This document shows positions 1-13,600 of a DNA stretch of 64,000 nt, in pieces (the stretch's first letter is position 1; the number at the start of each line of letters is the position of its first letter). The notes under the pieces are model-generated. The model saw nothing but the letters and a program-made list of their open reading frames with translations. It had not been told where the DNA came from and ran no database searches. Both the position numbers and the translations under genes were made by a program. Source of the DNA: the human T2T-CHM13v2.0 reference genome, Homo sapiens; assembly GCF_009914755.1 (NCBI RefSeq), contig NC_060938.1, one strand, 5' to 3'.

Positions 1-431
1 GGAATGCAGCCAATTTAAGTGAAGACATATCCATATATGTGGCTCTGTTACAGTGGTGAAATCTGCAACCATAAGAAGGTAGGGAAAAAGAAGCCAGATG
101 TCTGGATGTGATTAAACTTCAGAGCTTGTTGATTACGATGATATTATATATTCTGTATCATGCTTTTTACTTTGCAAAGCATTCTATGTTATCTCATTTG
201 CTCTAAGTATGTAGATAGGGAACTGATGAATAAAATGGTGAGTGAAATCACTTGGTCACAAAAAAAGTGATAAAAATGGGGATTACACAGTTTCTTTGAT
301 GCTTAGAATTTTTTCTCCTTCTCCCCAGCTTTTTGTTTTGAAAAAAATTCTAACATACAGAAAAGAACAGAATAGTGAGCACCTAGATTGAATAATCATT
401 AATGTTTTCCTACATTTGCTTGATTTTTCTT

Positions 432-434
<3 letters not shown>

Positions 435-471
<37 letters not shown>
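435..471. repeat. (CA)n microsatellite
   Basis: Direct reading. Confidence 0.95.
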
Positions 472-476
<5 letters not shown>

Positions 477-613
477 GTTGCCAAATCATTTGAGAGTATG
501 GTGCAGATTTTGTGACACTCCTAAATATATAAGCTTTTATCTCCTAAGAATAAGGACATTTTTCTACATAACATCAATACCATTATTAAACCTAAGAATC
601 CATAATATCACCT

Positions 614-929
<316 letters not shown>

Positions 930-969
930 CTAATATCCAGTTTATACTTAAATTTCCCTAAGTGTCTGA

Positions 970-1227
<258 letters not shown>

Positions 1228-3888
1228 ACCAAGAATATCTTTATAGCTGGTATTTGTTTGTTTAGAGACAGATTTCATTCAAGATTCATGCATTTGGTTG
1301 TGATGTTTCTTGGTATTTTTTCTGAGACTTCTTGATAGATACCGGTCATGCACTGATAGAGAGTTATATCCTAACCATGTTTTGGACATTTTTATCTCTG
1401 AATAATAGCTTTTGTCATTGTTTGTTGCCTGCTCACGGGAACACTCTTAATAATAGTCTTCTTCTTCAAAAAGTTTTAAAAGAGTTATTCAAGAAATTCC
1501 TTTCACACATTTCTTTATTCCTTTATTAAGGGCCTAATATGCACCAGACATCATTTTTCTAGGTGATTGTAGATGAAATGGTGAAAAGGAAAGGCAAGAA
1601 TGGAATTTCCTGCTAGTGGGAAGTAGAAGAGAGTATTAAAACTTTTTTCTTTCCAAGTCAAATCAGTGTCATATACATGAGAAAGCTAGGTGGTATGATG
1701 GCATTATCAGCTTGGCTTTCTCCTTAAATGAAATAGAAAGTGCCCTGTTTTACTCAGACAGTGTTTTTTTTTCTAAAAAGCTAAAAGAAGTTAAATATTT
1801 TGAAAATAATTAATTTCTGTTCTAAATTATTCAAATGTTATATTTGTAAAACTAGAGAAGTTTGTTCCATTGCTTCTACCAAGCATCTCAGCTTATGTAG
1901 TTGGGGCAGCTAGAAATCTAATGAACAGAATGTATATTTTAGGCTTATATAAAGTATTCTGCAGCATAAGCTCAAAAATACCCCCTACCCCCTTTTTGAT
2001 AAAAATAAAGTTTACTACTACTAATAAAATACAGCCAGAGGTGTGCTGGGAGTGGAGGGGGACTGAGTGAAAGAAAGTAGGAATGGGGTAAAGGCTGGGG
2101 CAAAGAGCAGGCTCTCTCCCTGCAGGGGAATATCAGGGGCCTGAAGCCAAGTTAAATGACAGCATGACTTCAGTAGGCCAGATTTGAGGGCTTTTATCTA
2201 AAATGCAGCATCGGAGTTTGGTTTAAGAGAGTAGGAAGTGATACATCTGTTACCCAAAGGACTCTTCTCTTTTTTAAATAAATTACCTGCAGAGTTTAGG
2301 CCAAAGAGGTGGGCAAGGTAGATTTGGGAAACTGTTGCTTGCTAATATCACCAAACGCTTTCTTTTCATACCTGGTGGAGGCTTTAATTGGGGCAAGGAC
2401 ATTTTTATATAAAGATAGAGAAAATAATCGCCTATGGAATTTGATTCCTTGCTCCATGCCCTCACTAGCACCTCTCAAGATGTTTGATGATATTTAAAAT
2501 TTCTTCATAGGGAAAAAACTTTTCATCCCACAATTAGAATCAGGCTTAACTTTCTTTTTGAAAAGGTAGTATGTAATTTGTGTTAAGATATAAATTACCA
2601 ACATTTTTATATCTTGAAACAGATTTAGATGATAGAGTGGGGTAGGTGGTGGTTGGTGGGAAGGGGTAGTTTTTTAGAGAGGGTATTAAGAGTTGGGATT
2701 TTTAATGTGAGAGAGGTGAAGGTTTGAAAATAAGTAAGAAAAGCACTAAAAGGGTGAAGTCAAGGGCCTCTGAGAGCCAGGATGATAGATTCTATTTCAC
2801 AGTTTAACACAGGATCAGCATAGACCAAAGCAAGTTTGTAACTAAGGCAATGAAGATCATCTGTCTCCTCCCTTCCCCATTAATTGTGAACTTTAGTTTT
2901 ATAAGCTCCTAAGAGGCAGAAAACAAATTGGAGCCTCGTCTTCTATTTGGGAGTGTATGGCATGTATTTATTGTCCTAGGTGCTGGGTTTATTTTTTTCA
3001 GCTAATGACAGTTTTCCATGCTTTATGGTAAGTGACCTTAAAGTAAGTGGTGACTTACCCTTCAGGCAGTTCAGCCCAGGACAGTCAGCAGAAGACTGTT
3101 TCCAGACCCCACCTGCTAGTTACAGATCATCCCTGATAGAGCAGAGAGGGGTGACCAGGTAGTGACTTTATAGTCACTGGAGGCAAAGCCCATTTTTGGA
3201 CAGTTCATTGAGGGCTTACAGATAAAAGGTTCACAAATTATGCAGTGAGCTGGATGGAGTGTGAAGCGTATTTATGGGTCGTGCACATACATAATAGGTT
3301 TACTTTTTGAGATTTCAAAACATGTTTTAACCTTAACCTAGGATTCCCACCTGATTTAAACCTCTTATTTCTCTAATGTCAGCCAAAAATGTGAGTATGA
3401 CATACAAAGAGAAATACATCAAGGACTTTTCATCCTCATAGTTTGCCAGTGATGCTGGAGAGTGTCAGAATTGGTGAGTCGCCTAATCAAACCTTCTTGC
3501 TCTGCATGCAGTGGCAGACAGTCCCTTTGCTGTTCCTTTGGGGCATGCAGACTAATAAAGTGCCACCATCATTTTATCTCTCAGTGAGCAGTAGTTTTAA
3601 TGCCACTGCAGTGGTGGGAGCACTGGGCGTTGTCGTCCTCACCTGAGGACAAGCAGCTTTGTTTTGGATCATGTATCTGTTATTGTGATGGAGCCATTTA
3701 TTTTTCAGGGAATGATGCCAAATGATGTTTGTCCCTTTGTTTTACATTTTTATAGCTAGGTCTTTGAAGCTGAACTGGAGGAACTTCTTAGCCAATACTG
3801 TCTTCTCAAACCAAAAGTTGACAGTTGCAGAAGACACGTTTTTTAGTGTCACGGCAACCAAGTAACATATTACCTTAAATTAAATTTA

Positions 3889-5162
3889 CAGGTTGAGCAT
3901 CCCTAATCTGAAAATCTGAAATTTGAAATGCTTCAAAATCTGAAACTTTTTGAGCACTGACATGACACCACATGTGGATTTTGATGTCCCAATCAAAGTG
4001 CAGGTGAACAACACACAGTTTATTTGATGTTCTCTAGTGAAAAAAGACCCTCTCAGCCCCCTTCAGCTGCAGTATAACTTTTCTACACATGCTCAGATTT
4101 CCCCATGCAAGCACACACACAAAGGGTCACAGAATGGCACATGTGCAAGCTGGACATGCCAACGGCAGGATCCCCACAGATGGGACCTAAGTGCATGACT
4201 CATTGTGTATTTTTCTTATTCTCTGCTCTGTGGTGTTAACATACTGAAAATGTCAATAAGGCCTGTAGATATCCCTGCGAGCAGCAATGATAAGGAAAAT
4301 TAGAAACACTTAGAACACAGAAAGTCAAGCTGTTGGAGAAATTGGACTGTAGTGTAAAGGTATAGATGACATGGTGAAAATGTGTGATAGAGATATTGAA
4401 GATATTGAAGGACTAGAGCTACCTGCATTCATAACAGAACAAGAGGTCACGTCAGTTTATAAAATTAAAGAGAGACTTCCAAGACAAAAGCCCTTGATAA
4501 TGAGGCAGATGACTCTGGAGAAACATTATAAAAAGCCATCTGGCAGAATGCCTCCTCAGCCTCAGAGGACTCACCTCCTAGTTGCTCAACTCCTGATATT
4601 TCTTCTCACCTAAAAAAAGAAAAAAAAATATAATGTACAGTAACCTTTTAATCAAAACGCAGCCTTGTAGGTGGAGCCTGAAAGCTTGCCATTGTTTATA
4701 CAGCTGTTTAACAGCTGATGCAGGTATTCTGGTGATGCTACTGTGTTGCTTATTATTTTTTACTGTATTAATGCCATGTCATATTTTTACTTATGTGTGA
4801 ATAATTGTGTGAAAATGATTGCTCATCAGTAGCATATAAATTCAGAGTCAGAAATGATGGTCAGTGACGTCAGACAGCCACAGATTTTCCACATGGAAGC
4901 TGAGATAGTGACACCTTTGCTTTCTGATGGTTCCATGTACACAAACTTTGTTTCATTCACAAAATTATTTGAAATATTATATAAAATTACCTTTAGGCTA
5001 TGTGTATAAGATATATGAAACATAAGTGAATTTCACATTTAGACTTGGGTCTCATCGTCAAGATATCTCACGTAGATGCAAATATTATAAAATCCAAAAA
5101 AAAATTCCAAAACCCTAAACACTTCTGGTTCCAAACATTTCAGATAAGGGATACTCAATCTG
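3889..5162 (+). mobile_element. Tigger4 (Zombi)-type DNA transposon, internally deleted
   Basis: Terminal inverted repeats caggttgagcatccctaat ... ataagggatactcaatctg, TA on the left flank; ORF 4371-4613 (MVKMCD..AFITEQEV..VYKIKERL..RQMTLE) resembles the transposase C-terminus. Confidence 0.8.
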
Positions 5163-5493
5163 CATATATAAAATATTTATGTATCACATACATAGTATGT
5201 ATAAAATATGAATTTCCATTCCTCTACAGGTTACTATTCTGGTACATTCCCGTTATATTCTGTTTATCAGACCGCAACTAAAACTTTCATGGGTTCAGCT
5301 TTATGTTGAACAGAATTTGCAGAATTATGAGTTGAAGCAAACCCTAGTTTGATAATGCTATGATTATCCTAAATCACCAAAGTGCATGAAATGATTTTAA
5401 AGCTCCAGAAATACTGAAGCAACTTTGTGATAAAAATTATTAGTGGATGCACAAGGAGTCTATAATGTCTTGGTTTTGCTATTGATTACTAAG

Positions 5494-5731
5494 GTGCAGC
5501 ACCAGTTTGAATTTGAATACCAGACCAAAGTGGATGGTGAGATAATCCTTCATCTTTATGACAAAGGAGGAATTGAGCAAACAATTTGTACGTTGGATGG
5601 TGTGTTTGCATTTGTTTTACTGGATTCTGCCAATAAGAAAGTGTCCCTGGACAGAGATACATAAGGAGTCAGAGCTTTGTTTAAAGCAGTGACAGAAGAT
5701 GGATTTTTGGCTGTGCGTTCAGAAGCTAAAG
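5494..5731 (+). pseudogene. ASNS: ASNS pseudogene exon (glutamine amidotransferase domain) with premature TAA
   Basis: AG at 5492-5493 and GT at 5732-5733; translation matches ASNS; Tyr codon changed to TAA at 5662-5664. Confidence 0.92.
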
Positions 5732-6084
5732 GTAATAGTAAATTTACGTATAGATTTTCATTATTGTCTTGGTCGTGTGTTTTCTTTTAAATTATATCTG
5801 AAAATCTCTTAGCAATCCAGAATTTTACAAGTGACTAATTAAGTTGTGAGTTCTTACCTTTTTTAAAAAAACAGAGTAGTTTTACTCTCCTTTTCAGCAC
5901 TTAAATTCTGTAATCCTTGAAGGATGGGTCTTTAGTGTAGTCATTTATTTTTGGTGTGCTAATATGCTCTGCATATAGCTTGATCGTAAGTGCAGTTTTA
6001 AGTTTTCCTGTGTCATACTGTAATGATAGGGTTGGCTCTGCAATTATTGCCCTGCAGTACTTTGCTGAAGTTATAGCACAGCAA

Positions 6085-6271
6085 ATATTAGGATTTCTAA
6101 AACAGCTTTATTGGCAGTTCACATGCCATGTAATTCACCCACTCGAAGTATATAGTTCAGTGGTTTTTAGTATATTCACAGATGTTGGGAACCAACACTC
6201 CAATCAATTTTAGAATTGTTTTTCCACCTCAAAAAAAAAATCCTATGCCCTTTAGCTTATTTTCTTTCTAT

Positions 6272-6310
<39 letters not shown>

Positions 6311-7832
6311 TTTTAAGAGATGGGGTCTTGCTCAGTCGACCAGCTCAGGCTGGAGTACAGTGGTGTAATCATAGCTTAGTGCAGCCTTGAATTCCTGGGC
6401 TCAAGCAATCCTCCCATCTCAGCCTCCCTAGTAGCTAGGAGTACAGGCATGGACCACAACACCCTGCCTCCTGTGCCGTTTAGCTTTCAATTCTGTCTCT
6501 CCACATACATCATCTGCACCCCCGCAGTTGTAGCACTGGCAACCACCAATCTTTCTGCCTCTGGATTCCCTATTGCGTGTGTTTCATATAAATGGGATTA
6601 TCTATCATATGGGCTTTTGTTACTGGATTCTTTCACTTGGCATAATGCTTGCAAGGTTTGTCTATGCTGTGACATGTATCAGTACTTACTTTTTATGGCC
6701 ACATGATACTCTGTTACATGGATACACTGGATTTTGTTTATGCACTTGTCAGTTGATGGATATTTAGGACATTGTTTACCCCTTTTGGCTATTATGAATA
6801 ATGCTGCTATAAACATTGGTGTATAAGTTTTTGTGTAGACATTTGTCTTCGGTGTTTATCTAGGAGCAGAATTGCTCAGATGCATATAACTGTCTAATTG
6901 AGGAACTGCCAAACTACTTTTTGAAATGGCTGCATTATTTTTTATTCCCTCCAGCAGTGTATTAAAATTTCAGTTTCTCCACATCTTCACAAACACTTAC
7001 TGTGTGACTTTTTAATTGTAGCTATTATAATGTATGTGAAATTGTATCTCCTTGTGGTTTTGATTTGTATTTTCCTATTGAAGGTAATGTCCAGTGTCTT
7101 TTCTCATGCTTATTGGCCATATGTATATCTTCTTTGGGGAAATATTTGTTGAGATCTTTTGTCATTTTTTTTCCTGCTAGGGATCATTTTATTTTAAAAA
7201 CAATAGACTTTTTTTTAGCAGTTTTAGAAAAAATAGAGAGAAAAGTGCAGAGAGTCCACATATGCTCCCCTACAGTGCCCCTGCCCAGTTCTCCCAACTC
7301 TTAACACCTTGCGCTACTGTGCTAAATCGATTAGATTTGATGAACTGATACTTATATCTGAAATTCATAGTTTACTTCAGGGCTCACTCTGTGTTTTATA
7401 GATTTTTGGATTTGACAAATGTATAATGTCATGTACCCACCATTACACTATTATGTAGAACAGTTTCATTGCCCTAAAAATCTCCTGTGCTCCACTGAGT
7501 CATTCCTCCCCCTCCTCTTCCTCCCAAACCCCCAGTCATTACTAATCTTTTTACTCTCTAATTTTGCCTCTCCCAGAATGTCATATAATAGATCATGTAG
7601 TATGTATCCTTTTCAGACTGGCTTCTTTCACTCAGCAGTATACATTTAGGGTTCTTCTGTGCTTTTTCATGGCTTGATAGCTCATTTTTTAAATTGCAGA
7701 ATAATATTCCATTTGTTTGCATGTATTGCAGTTTGTTTATCCATTCTTGAATTATCTATCTCTACTTGGGTTGTTTTGTCTTTTTATTACAGAATTGTAA
7801 TTGTTCCTTATGTACGCCAGACACAAATCCCT
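6085..7832 (-). mobile_element. Old L1M (L1MB-like) 3' portion, interrupted by an Alu monomer and a nested L1 piece (~7200-7760)
   Basis: Antisense L1 3'UTR/ORF2 motifs (cttttggctattatgaataatgctgctataaacatt; tttgtattttcct). Confidence 0.75.
6268..6468 (-). mobile_element. Alu monomer (FRAM/AluJ-like) with (TTTA)n tail
   Basis: (ttta)n then gagatggggtcttgct...ctcaagcaatcctccc. Confidence 0.85.
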
Positions 7833-7834
7833 TG

Positions 7835-8815
7835 TGTTCATCAGGGTTGCAGGATACAAGATCAATATACAAAAATCAATAGTATTTGACACACTTTAAC
7901 TGAGTGCTACATACTCACAATGAGCAATCAGAAAATGAAATTAAGAAAGCAACTTCATTTATCATAGCATCAACAAGAATAAAATACTGATACATTTAAG
8001 AAGTGTAAAACTTGTACTCTGAAAACTATAGAACATTGTTGAAAGAAATGAAAGAAGATCTAAATAAATGTAAAAGTATCCCATGATCATGGACCTAAGG
8101 CTTAACATTGTTAAGAAGGCAGTACTCCCTAAACTCATCTCCAAATTTAACTTCATCCCTGTCAGAATCCCAGATGAGTTCTCTGTAAAATGGACAAGCT
8201 GACTCTGAAATTCATATGGAATTGCAAAGGACTAAGAATAGCCAAAATAATCTTTTGAAAATGAGAACAAAGTAGGGGAACTCATACTTACTGACTTTAA
8301 AACTTACTACAAGTCAGTGGTAATCAGGACAATATAATACTGGCAGAAGGATAGATGTATAGACCAGTAGGATAGAATTGAGAGTCAGATATGAACCCAT
8401 ACATATATAACCACTGCTTTTGACAAGGGTGCCAAGATTATTCAGTGGGGAAAGAAGTTTGAGAACTGGCACAAGGACAACTAGATATGTAAACATATGC
8501 AAAACCTGGAGTAGGACCTTTACCCAACACCATATACAAAAACTATGGATGCAAAAAAAATGGACCAAATGGATCCATTTTGAGCTAATCCACGTAAATG
8601 TAAGGACTAAAACTATAAAATCCTGAGAAGCAAACATAGGAGTAAATTGTCATGACCTTGAATTTGGCAAAGTTTTCTTAAATATGACACCAGCAACAAG
8701 AATAAATATTGATGAATTGGACTTCATCAAAATTAAACATTTTTGCACTTCAAAGGACACCATCAAAAAAGTGAAAAGACAACTCACAAGATGGAAGAAA
8801 ATACTTGTAAATCAT
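7835..8815 (+). mobile_element. L1 ORF2 fragment (inverted 5' part of the L1 at 6085-7832)
   Basis: gcaggatacaagatcaatatacaaaaatcaatag ... gaaaatacttgtaaatcat are L1 ORF2 sense motifs. Confidence 0.8.
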
Positions 8816-8850
8816 GTGTAGCACTTTTTGATGATAAACTTGAGGAAGAC

Positions 8851-9152
8851 TTTTTTATTTTTTATTTTTATTATACTTTAAGTTCTAGGGTACATGTGCA
8901 CAATGTGCAGGTTTGTTACATATATATACATGTGCCATGTTGGTGTGCCGCACCCACTATCTCATCATTTACATTAGGTATATCTCCTAATGCTATCCCT
9001 CCTCCCTCCCCCCACCCCACGACAGGCCCCGGTGTGTGATGTTCCCCATCCTGTGTCCGAGTGTTCTCATTGTTCAATTTCCACCTATGAGCGAGAACAT
9101 GTGGTGTTTGGTTTTCTGTCCTTGCGATAGTTTGCTCAGAATGATGGTTTCC
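8851..9152 (-). mobile_element. L1PA 3'UTR fragment
   Basis: ttattatactttaagttctagggtacatgtgcacaatgtgcagg... close to primate L1PA 3' end consensus. Confidence 0.92.
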
Positions 9153-10245
9153 ATATATATATATGTCAGTTGCCAGGACTGCTGGGCAAGCCTGGGAAAG
9201 AGAGTACCTGGGGAAAGCAGCCTCCTGCTCTCCCGTGCCTTCTTTGAGCCTGATGTTTATTTGATGTGGTACTATATAATCACATCCAGTTTACCCTTTG
9301 AAATTCCTTGATTGTTCTTTTCTATTTCCTTGACACTGTCCTTTTACAGACCACATAATCTTATCTGGAATACTACAACAGTTTTCTTTTCTCAGTGATT
9401 TTAGAGTAACCTGTCAAAAACTCATCTGACTATAGTAGTACCTGCTTACAACCTTTTAATTACTCCCCATTCCCGACCAGGCTGTGTAGCTCACTTGAGC
9501 TCTGCTAGGTGGTGAGGGAATCTGGGTCCTTTTTCTGGTATTTGAATTCAGTGCTACGTAGGTTACTGGCTGGGTTGACAATCTGAAATTGTAAATCATG
9601 AGTATTCTATGTAGATAGTCTGTCACGATTTACAATAAAACATTGACATGTCAAAGATCATGGTGATGTGAGGTTGGGTACTGTCTGTGAGAATTAATTG
9701 AGGAAATTTAAATTATATGGTTTTATTTACATAGAGTGTATAACAACTCGTTAAGGGATAGATGTCTTCTTATCTGACTTTCAAGTATCTAAGAGTGGAT
9801 TATTGTGCTTGTTAAAGTTCTGGGAACCATGGCTATTTTCTGAAAATACCTCAGTGATGACAAATGAATGACTACCAGCCTCTTGTAACATTAGGACTCC
9901 AGTTCATCCCTTTGCTTCATAAGTGTGTCTTTTCCTTTTGTATATATTTGCTTTAGTGTAGAAAATAGGTTTTCTTGATTAGAAATCTAAGAAGAATAAA
10001 TTGAAAACTGGAGATTTTTCTATTGCTTTGGATTACCAAAATTAATGTAATTTGGCACTATATCCCTGTGCCATTATTGTCTCTCTGGTAAGTAGATGGT
10101 AGGGTTTTGGGTGATTAAATTTTTTTCCCTATTTTGCTTATTTAATGGGCATATGTTTGTATTAAAAAGGGGAAAATAAATAGGAATGTAGAAGATGTTA
10201 ACTAATCGTGAAAGTTATTGGGAAGGGTTACCTAATTTAAAAGTT

Positions 10246-10398
10246 GGCCAGCCATGGCAGCACTGCCTGTAGTCCCAGCTGTGGGGGAGGCTGAGGCAAG
10301 AGGATGGCTTGAGTTCAGGGGATGGAGGTTACAGTGAGCTATGATTGTGCCACTGCATTTCAGCCTGAGGGACAGAGCCAGACCCTGTCTCAGAAAAA
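10246..10398 (+). mobile_element. Alu monomer (FRAM/AluJ-like) at the AT-rich/GC-rich boundary
   Basis: gcctgtagtcccagc...gaggttacagtgagctatgattgtgccactgca...gaccctgtctc. Confidence 0.85.
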
Positions 10399-10449
10399 CC
10401 TAGAACAGCAACAAACAGAGAGAGGAGCCTGGACGGATTGAGCAATATT

Positions 10450-10625
10450 AGTGTCCGGGAGCTGCTGTAGTGATGGCTTACGACATCAGGAATTTATTCT
10501 CTCACAGTTCTGGAGGCCACAAGTCTAAAATCAAGGTGTGGGCAGAAATGCGCTCCCTCTGCAGACTCTTGGGGAGGATGCTTGTTTCTTCCAGCTCTGT
10601 GACTGTGGTGCCTGCAGCCATTGGA
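10450..10625 (-). mobile_element. MLT1 (MaLR) LTR fragment
   Basis: aatttattctctcacagttctggaggcc..aagtctaaaatcaaggtgt motif. Confidence 0.75.
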
Positions 10626-13600
10626 ACCAGCTCTGCACGGCTGAGACCTGGGTGATGAGGACACAGCTTTGCAGGTGGGCAGCCACATCCCCAGGGGGAG
10701 ACTGTGGGCCTGTGGCAGGGTAGGGGCAACCAGGGCGGGGGCTCCCCATTGTTGTCCCTGAGCTCCTGGGGCTTGTGGAGAAAGACAGGTGGATGCACAC
10801 ATACTGCAGCTCCCTGGATCTGAGCCTTGGTTTCCCTACCTGTGAAATGGGCACCTATGGCAGCTCAGAAGTGTCTGGGAGCATCCCCTGTGGGGAAAGG
10901 TGTGGGGGTCTGCTGGGGCACAGTCATGGGGAACCCCAGTCCCCCTCTCCATGTGCTTCCCTCAATGCTCCCTGATGCCAGCAGTCCTGCCCCCGAACAG
11001 AAAGGGGCATTCCTGTGAATTCCTTGTGTGGGGGACTGGTCACAGAGACTCCCCAAGTGCAGGGCAGGGTGGAGGGAGGCTGAGGGGTGGTTGAATGGAC
11101 AGGAGAAGAGCTCTCTCCAGTCCCTTGGGTCTGGGTGGCCTGGGGAGCATCCATTTGGGCAGGCAGCTGGCGGGGCTGGTGGCTGAGCCACTGTGGCTCG
11201 GGGACCCCAGGCCAGGACAGAGTAGGGTGGGCAGGGAGAGCAGAGTGTGAGCATATGGGGCAGGACAGATGTCTCCTGGACAGAAAGAGCCCTGGTCACT
11301 CATGGCTGCAGCATAGCCATGGCGACAGGAAAGTGCTGCTGTACATTGTGCTCCTGGGGCTGGCTCCCAATGGACACCCAATAGCATCTCCCCCATTGTA
11401 CTGTGGGATGCTGGCAGTGGTGCTGGGCACTGGGGTAAGAGCCTTGGCAAGCCCTTCACTCCCTGGGTGTGAGACCTTGGGCTCCTGGATGCCTGGGTTT
11501 CTGTGTCCTATTTTTCCCATGGAAGATATTTGGGGTGCTCCCAGGAAATGGGGAGGGCCCTGGGGGTCAGGATTGTATTATTAAAGCCAGAAACTCTGGG
11601 GTTCCATTTTTAGCACAAGGCAGGCAGCCCATGAGCCCCAGCCCAGTGGCCATGTGGGAGGGGAGTGGGGGTCTGAAGGAGTGAGGCTTCTGTTACTGCA
11701 GGCTCCACTGCAGCCCCCCAGTGTGGCCCGTGTGGGCTGGACAGCGGGCACTGCACCAGGGGCTCTGGTTCCAACCTTCAGCCATGCATCTAATGCCTGT
11801 GAGAGTGATCTCTAGGAACCACTGTACAAGGGGGCAGATGAGGGAACCCTGACATGGGACAGCGGAGGGTGACCCCAACACGGAGGGGGCAGCTGTGTCC
11901 AGGCTCCACTGGATTCCGCAGAGGACAGAACACAGCTCTGACTCCAGGGTGTGGGCTCACTGAGGGACAGGACAGGCTGGGGTTGGGAGAGGGCCATGCT
12001 GCAGCTGGGCCAGATCCCACCTGCACCCCTCAGATGGCAAGGTCTGGACGTCTCCATCCCCACCCTGGCCCGGTCAGTAACAGCCATGGGCCAGCAGCCC
12101 CCAGCAACCCATCCCTCTGTGAACTGCCAAGGACAGGAGGTACCACAGTCTCTTCCAGGCAAGAGCTGCTGGAGCCTTCTTTATTCTTGTGCTAGAAGCC
12201 CAGGGTGGGGAGAGGAGCCTGAGAACAGCCCAGTGTGGGCATCCACCTTCCTGCCCACTTTGGAGGTCTGAATCACCTCCTGCCACTCTCCCAATCCCCA
12301 GGAGCCCAGAGGCTTCCTGGAGCAAGCCACATCTGATCTCCACCATGGGTAGGAGTTCAAGGCCAAGACAACAGGGACTCCACAGAGGGGCCTGTGGGTT
12401 AGCAGCAGCTGCCAGTGTCCAGATGGCCTCAGGGGTGGGGGTTGGACAATCTGGAGGTCAGCAGGGAATTCAGCATGAGGAGACAGCCCTTAGGGTTCTG
12501 GCCCAGCAGCCCCAGGTGCTGGCTCTGCACTGAGTCATGAAGTTTGTGGGCCAGGGGCGTTGGCCTCTCTCTAGCTGAGAGTGACTTCCATCACTGCTGT
12601 CATTAGCCTCCCCTGCATCAACCTGTCCCTGGGGTGGGAGCACAGTGGGCACAGGGACCCTCAGGCCTTAGTTTTCCCTGCTGTAAAATGCATGTGATAG
12701 GCTGTCATGAGGTCTGAAGGAGTTAAAACCTGCCATGTGCTCAGGATGACACCTAGCTCGGTGCCTCCTAGCCTGGTGCCACCATCCGGCATCAGAGATG
12801 AAATACTTCTCCCAGGCCCCCTCCCCTGGCACCCCCACACTCAGCTCTCCATCAGCCACCCCCTCCAGGGTGGGACAAGGAGGTCCTGAGCCTGATAGGG
12901 ACCTGACAGGGCTGGGCAGCGCCAGCTGGGCCTGGGCGATAATGGGAGCCTGAGTGTGGGGCCTGCATGGAGGGAGCCATTGTTTCTTGGGCCTCTTAGT
13001 GTCTACTTCCCTAGAGTCTGGGAGAAGTGCTGCTGTTCAAGAGGGGACAGTGCCAGCAGCTCCTTCTGAGGCTGGGGTGGGCACAGCGTGGAGGGGCCTC
13101 ACCTCCACCCACCTCCCATGGAGGTTCCTGGCTCTCCTAGAGGACTCCTTGCTACTGGGCTGAGGCTGGCACCAGGGCTGACCAGGCCCAGGATGGTGTT
13201 GGACAACCTGCATCCCCCTGCAGCAGGCAGGGAGGGCACTGCAGCCACCACCCACCCACACCTGACCCCTCCCTGGTCATCGTGTCTAGGGTGGCAGGGA
13301 GTGAAGCCCCCACCCAACAACCTCCGCCAGCTCAGGGGCCCTTGAGTTCACCACCATCTGCCTCACTGCAGGTTTCCCCTGTGCTGGGGGTGATTGCAGG
13401 GAGATGGTTCTTTGGCGTTCCCTGGGCAGGTCATTGCCTCAGCCCCTGCCTGGTGTCCTGGAGCAGCTTTGAGGAGCTACATGGACAGGACATCAACTGC
13501 CTGCAGCCCCCAGGTGAGGCTTGGCTGCTGTGCCCCACTGCCTCTGCTCCTGGCTGTCAAAGCCCCATGGTAACAGCATCCAGGGCAAATTTAAATGGCA

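Noticed and set aside
3028-3178. Short palindromes (gtaagt..acttac; agtgactttatagtcact)
   Set aside because: Stems of 8 bp or less are compatible with chance in 64 kb.
9160-9300. Structured-looking stretch in the ASNS intron considered as a snoRNA/scaRNA
   Set aside because: No convincing box C/D or H/ACA architecture and no recognised family.
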